The notes under the pieces were generated by a model. That model worked only from the letters and a program-made list of their open reading frames with translations, had not been told where the DNA came from and ran no database searches. Source: Tubulanus polymorphus (Eukaryota > Animalia > Nemertea). Taken from it: a DNA stretch of 64,000 nt. Position 1 is the stretch's first letter. Every line of letters starts with the position of its first letter. The stretch covers positions 22,810,950 to 22,874,949 of the forward strand of contig NC_134029.1 of the NCBI RefSeq assembly GCF_964204645.1, given 5' to 3'. Positions 62,001-64,000 of the stretch are shown piece by piece. Position numbers and translations under genes: made by a program.

Positions 62001-62519
62001 AATTTAGTTCATCGGCGCCTACGATTCATATATTCATGTAACCTTTCATAAGTTTTGACTTGACCAATTGAATGATTGAATAATAAAATTTCATAGGGAA
62101 ATATCCAGAATTTCGAAAGAAATGCTATAACGATTCTAAAAGTATCCATAGTTGCAAAAATTCATAAAGCCTTTATATAGTCTTTATGAATTTTTGATAG
62201 TTGCCATAAGAAGACGATCCCGGCCAACATATTCTTGTCTTGAAAAACTGTGTAGATATTTCAATGGTTTTTTCTATTGGCATTATTGGGAACTTGATAC
62301 CTACTCATTTCATAAAAACAAATACTTATAATCCTGGCAGGTATATCGTAATGACGGAAAAGCTTCTATAAGTATTAGTGGTTCTTACCTCCGTAGCCTG
62401 GCCGTATGTCTTTATTGTAACGTTGGTCGTCGACTAGCTTCGTGAGAAGTTTCGACACATTTTTTATGTACCAGTAATTTGACGAGTTTTGTGGGTTGAA
62501 AAATCGCGAGGGCCTTATT
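47010..62519 (-). CDS. GABA-A receptor alpha-like subunit (GRD/CG8916-like); signal-peptide exon not located
   Basis: Exons 62519-62389 (...RYNKDIRPGYG), 57997-57930 (IKSMGPISEEQM), 51998-51763 (YTMDVYFRQKW...IWKPDTF), 51650-51568 (Cys loop CPMNLKKYPMDNQTC), 51480-51337 (YAYSNKDVEYRW), 50405-50250 (M1, INREATPARVTLG), 47716-47520 (M2-M3) and 47300-47010 (NSVSRIDTISRIAFP, M4). All phases are consistent. Confidence 0.9.
61336..61529. repeat. Long palindrome (~83-bp arms) resembling a Penelope-like-element terminal repeat
   Basis: aagaatttagaagattaaaaacgaatttcat...acgtttcgaattctcact pairs with agtgagaattcgaaacgt...gatgaaattcgtttttaatctttcaaattctt. Contains CTGACGATGA...TCGAAACGTCG. Confidence 0.6.
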
Positions 62520-64000
62520 CTGAAAAAGAGGAATAAAAAACCAACGATTTAAAATTCGATAAAAAATTCTAAACGCATTTCAAGACAATTTTTTTAACGA
62601 CCAACCGATTGCATTATATCAGAATTGAGTCTAAATACGACCCTTTTTGGAATCTACTTCAAAAAGTACAAATTAGAAATAGTGAGTTCGAAAACTGCTC
62701 GAACATTCCTTCATTTCCATCACTATTGCAGGATATTCAAGAGCAGTTGGCTTGTAAGCTTTTTACTAACAGTGGACACTCATTGACAATACAATACAAT
62801 ATACGCACTAAAATATAAATAATTCAATTCAACAAATGTGTGTACAGGAAATATTATGTACGTACGTGTTCTCTAAGATTAGTATAACAGAAACATAGCT
62901 ATATCGACTTTTCTAATTCAGATATTTGTGTTCGAAGTTCAGCAGCAAAAAAAGTGAATGATTTACATCAACACGTCATTTCATCGTATCCGTTTGTTAA
63001 AATGCAGTTTACAAATAAATCGCAATAAAAGCGGCACTTCTCATAAAGGATCAAATGGATATCTATTTCACAATTGTTGGTTTAAATGACATCAAATCCT
63101 CATTTGAATAATACATTTTTTGCGGTAATTCGAAAAGAAGGTTTAGAATTCTATTGATCTTTAAAGAACGGTGATTAGAACTGACACAAACGATACCGAA
63201 CTAGAAATCGATTTATCCATCAAATAAAATCCATCCATCATTTCGATATGTACTTTAGAGAACGCGTGTTTCAAGTTATGAATAGAGAACAATCAATACA
63301 GCAAATCCTATACTCTTTTAATGAAAAATGAATTCTGAAATGTTCCTTGGGCTTACAGCTGAATTGTGTGTTTCTGAAGATGGCTATTGGGATAAAGTCG
63401 AATAAACTATCAATGAAAAAATCATTTTCATTATCAGTATGGGATTTTCCTATACATGTATTATCATTGTAACAGGGACAGAGTGTTTTATCAATAGTTA
63501 AGCGGACATACACGTCGCGTATAGATTACTGTTCTTTCCGAAGGTTTTATCTGTCCCGAAAACAAATCCGGCAATCGAAAACAAAAGATGTTGAAAATGT
63601 TTACATATATTTCTCTGGGAAATAGACTCGTATCAAAATTCAATTTAAAAATTGTTTTTGAGGAGTGGGGTTATCAATGAGAAATCTCGCAATCGCTTCA
63701 GTAGTTTTCGACGATAACTGAAGCTCATAGGGTTTGTATGCCACACACAAACACAAACCCTCGATCGAAAATGTATTACGGGGGAGAAGCTCGCTGATGT
63801 TATGCAACAGCGAAGCCGTTTATCCGTGTTGTTTTTGAGATTAGCCACCGCTTCCAAATCACGGAACTTCAAAATTACGTTATATGCAAATCGGAAGCCA
63901 TGATTAGTTTATAAATGCCCATCCGATGACAGAGCCTCGAAAACACTGTCTCTCATCTGACAACGGCCATTATTCTATACACAACTAGAAGAAATCGTTC

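Noticed and set aside
52000-64000. Numerous 60-130-aa ORFs in the large introns of the alpha-like receptor gene
   Set aside because: No motifs, splice-consistent partners or coding-like composition. I also could not identify the receptor's signal-peptide exon among them.

Overview
AT-rich, intron-rich animal genomic DNA, probably a lophotrochozoan invertebrate. A nemertean origin is plausible but inferred only from the peptide genes. Left to right the window holds: the 5' part of a USP46/USP12 deubiquitinase gene (- strand), head-to-head with a 3-exon EF-hand Ca-binding protein gene that has a degenerate tandem copy; a ~24-exon CEP135 gene whose last intron carries an apparently intact 6.1-kb DIRS1-type tyrosine-recombinase retrotransposon (19467-25590); a 3-exon orphan gene with an N-myristoylation-like start; two tandem genes for small secreted 8-Cys peptides whose cysteine spacing closely resembles nemertean neurotoxin-B helical-hairpin toxins; and a convergent pair of Cys-loop GABA-A-type receptor genes (LCCH3/beta-like on +, GRD/alpha-like on -). 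Introns contain MITEs, a tRNA-derived SINE, a LINE 3' fragment and palindromic elements. The strongest leads are the toxin-like peptide pair and the intact DIRS element, whose circle junction, target site and a possible in-frame CEP135-Gag splice can be read from the sequence. All exon boundaries were determined by eye from GT-AG sites and reading frame.
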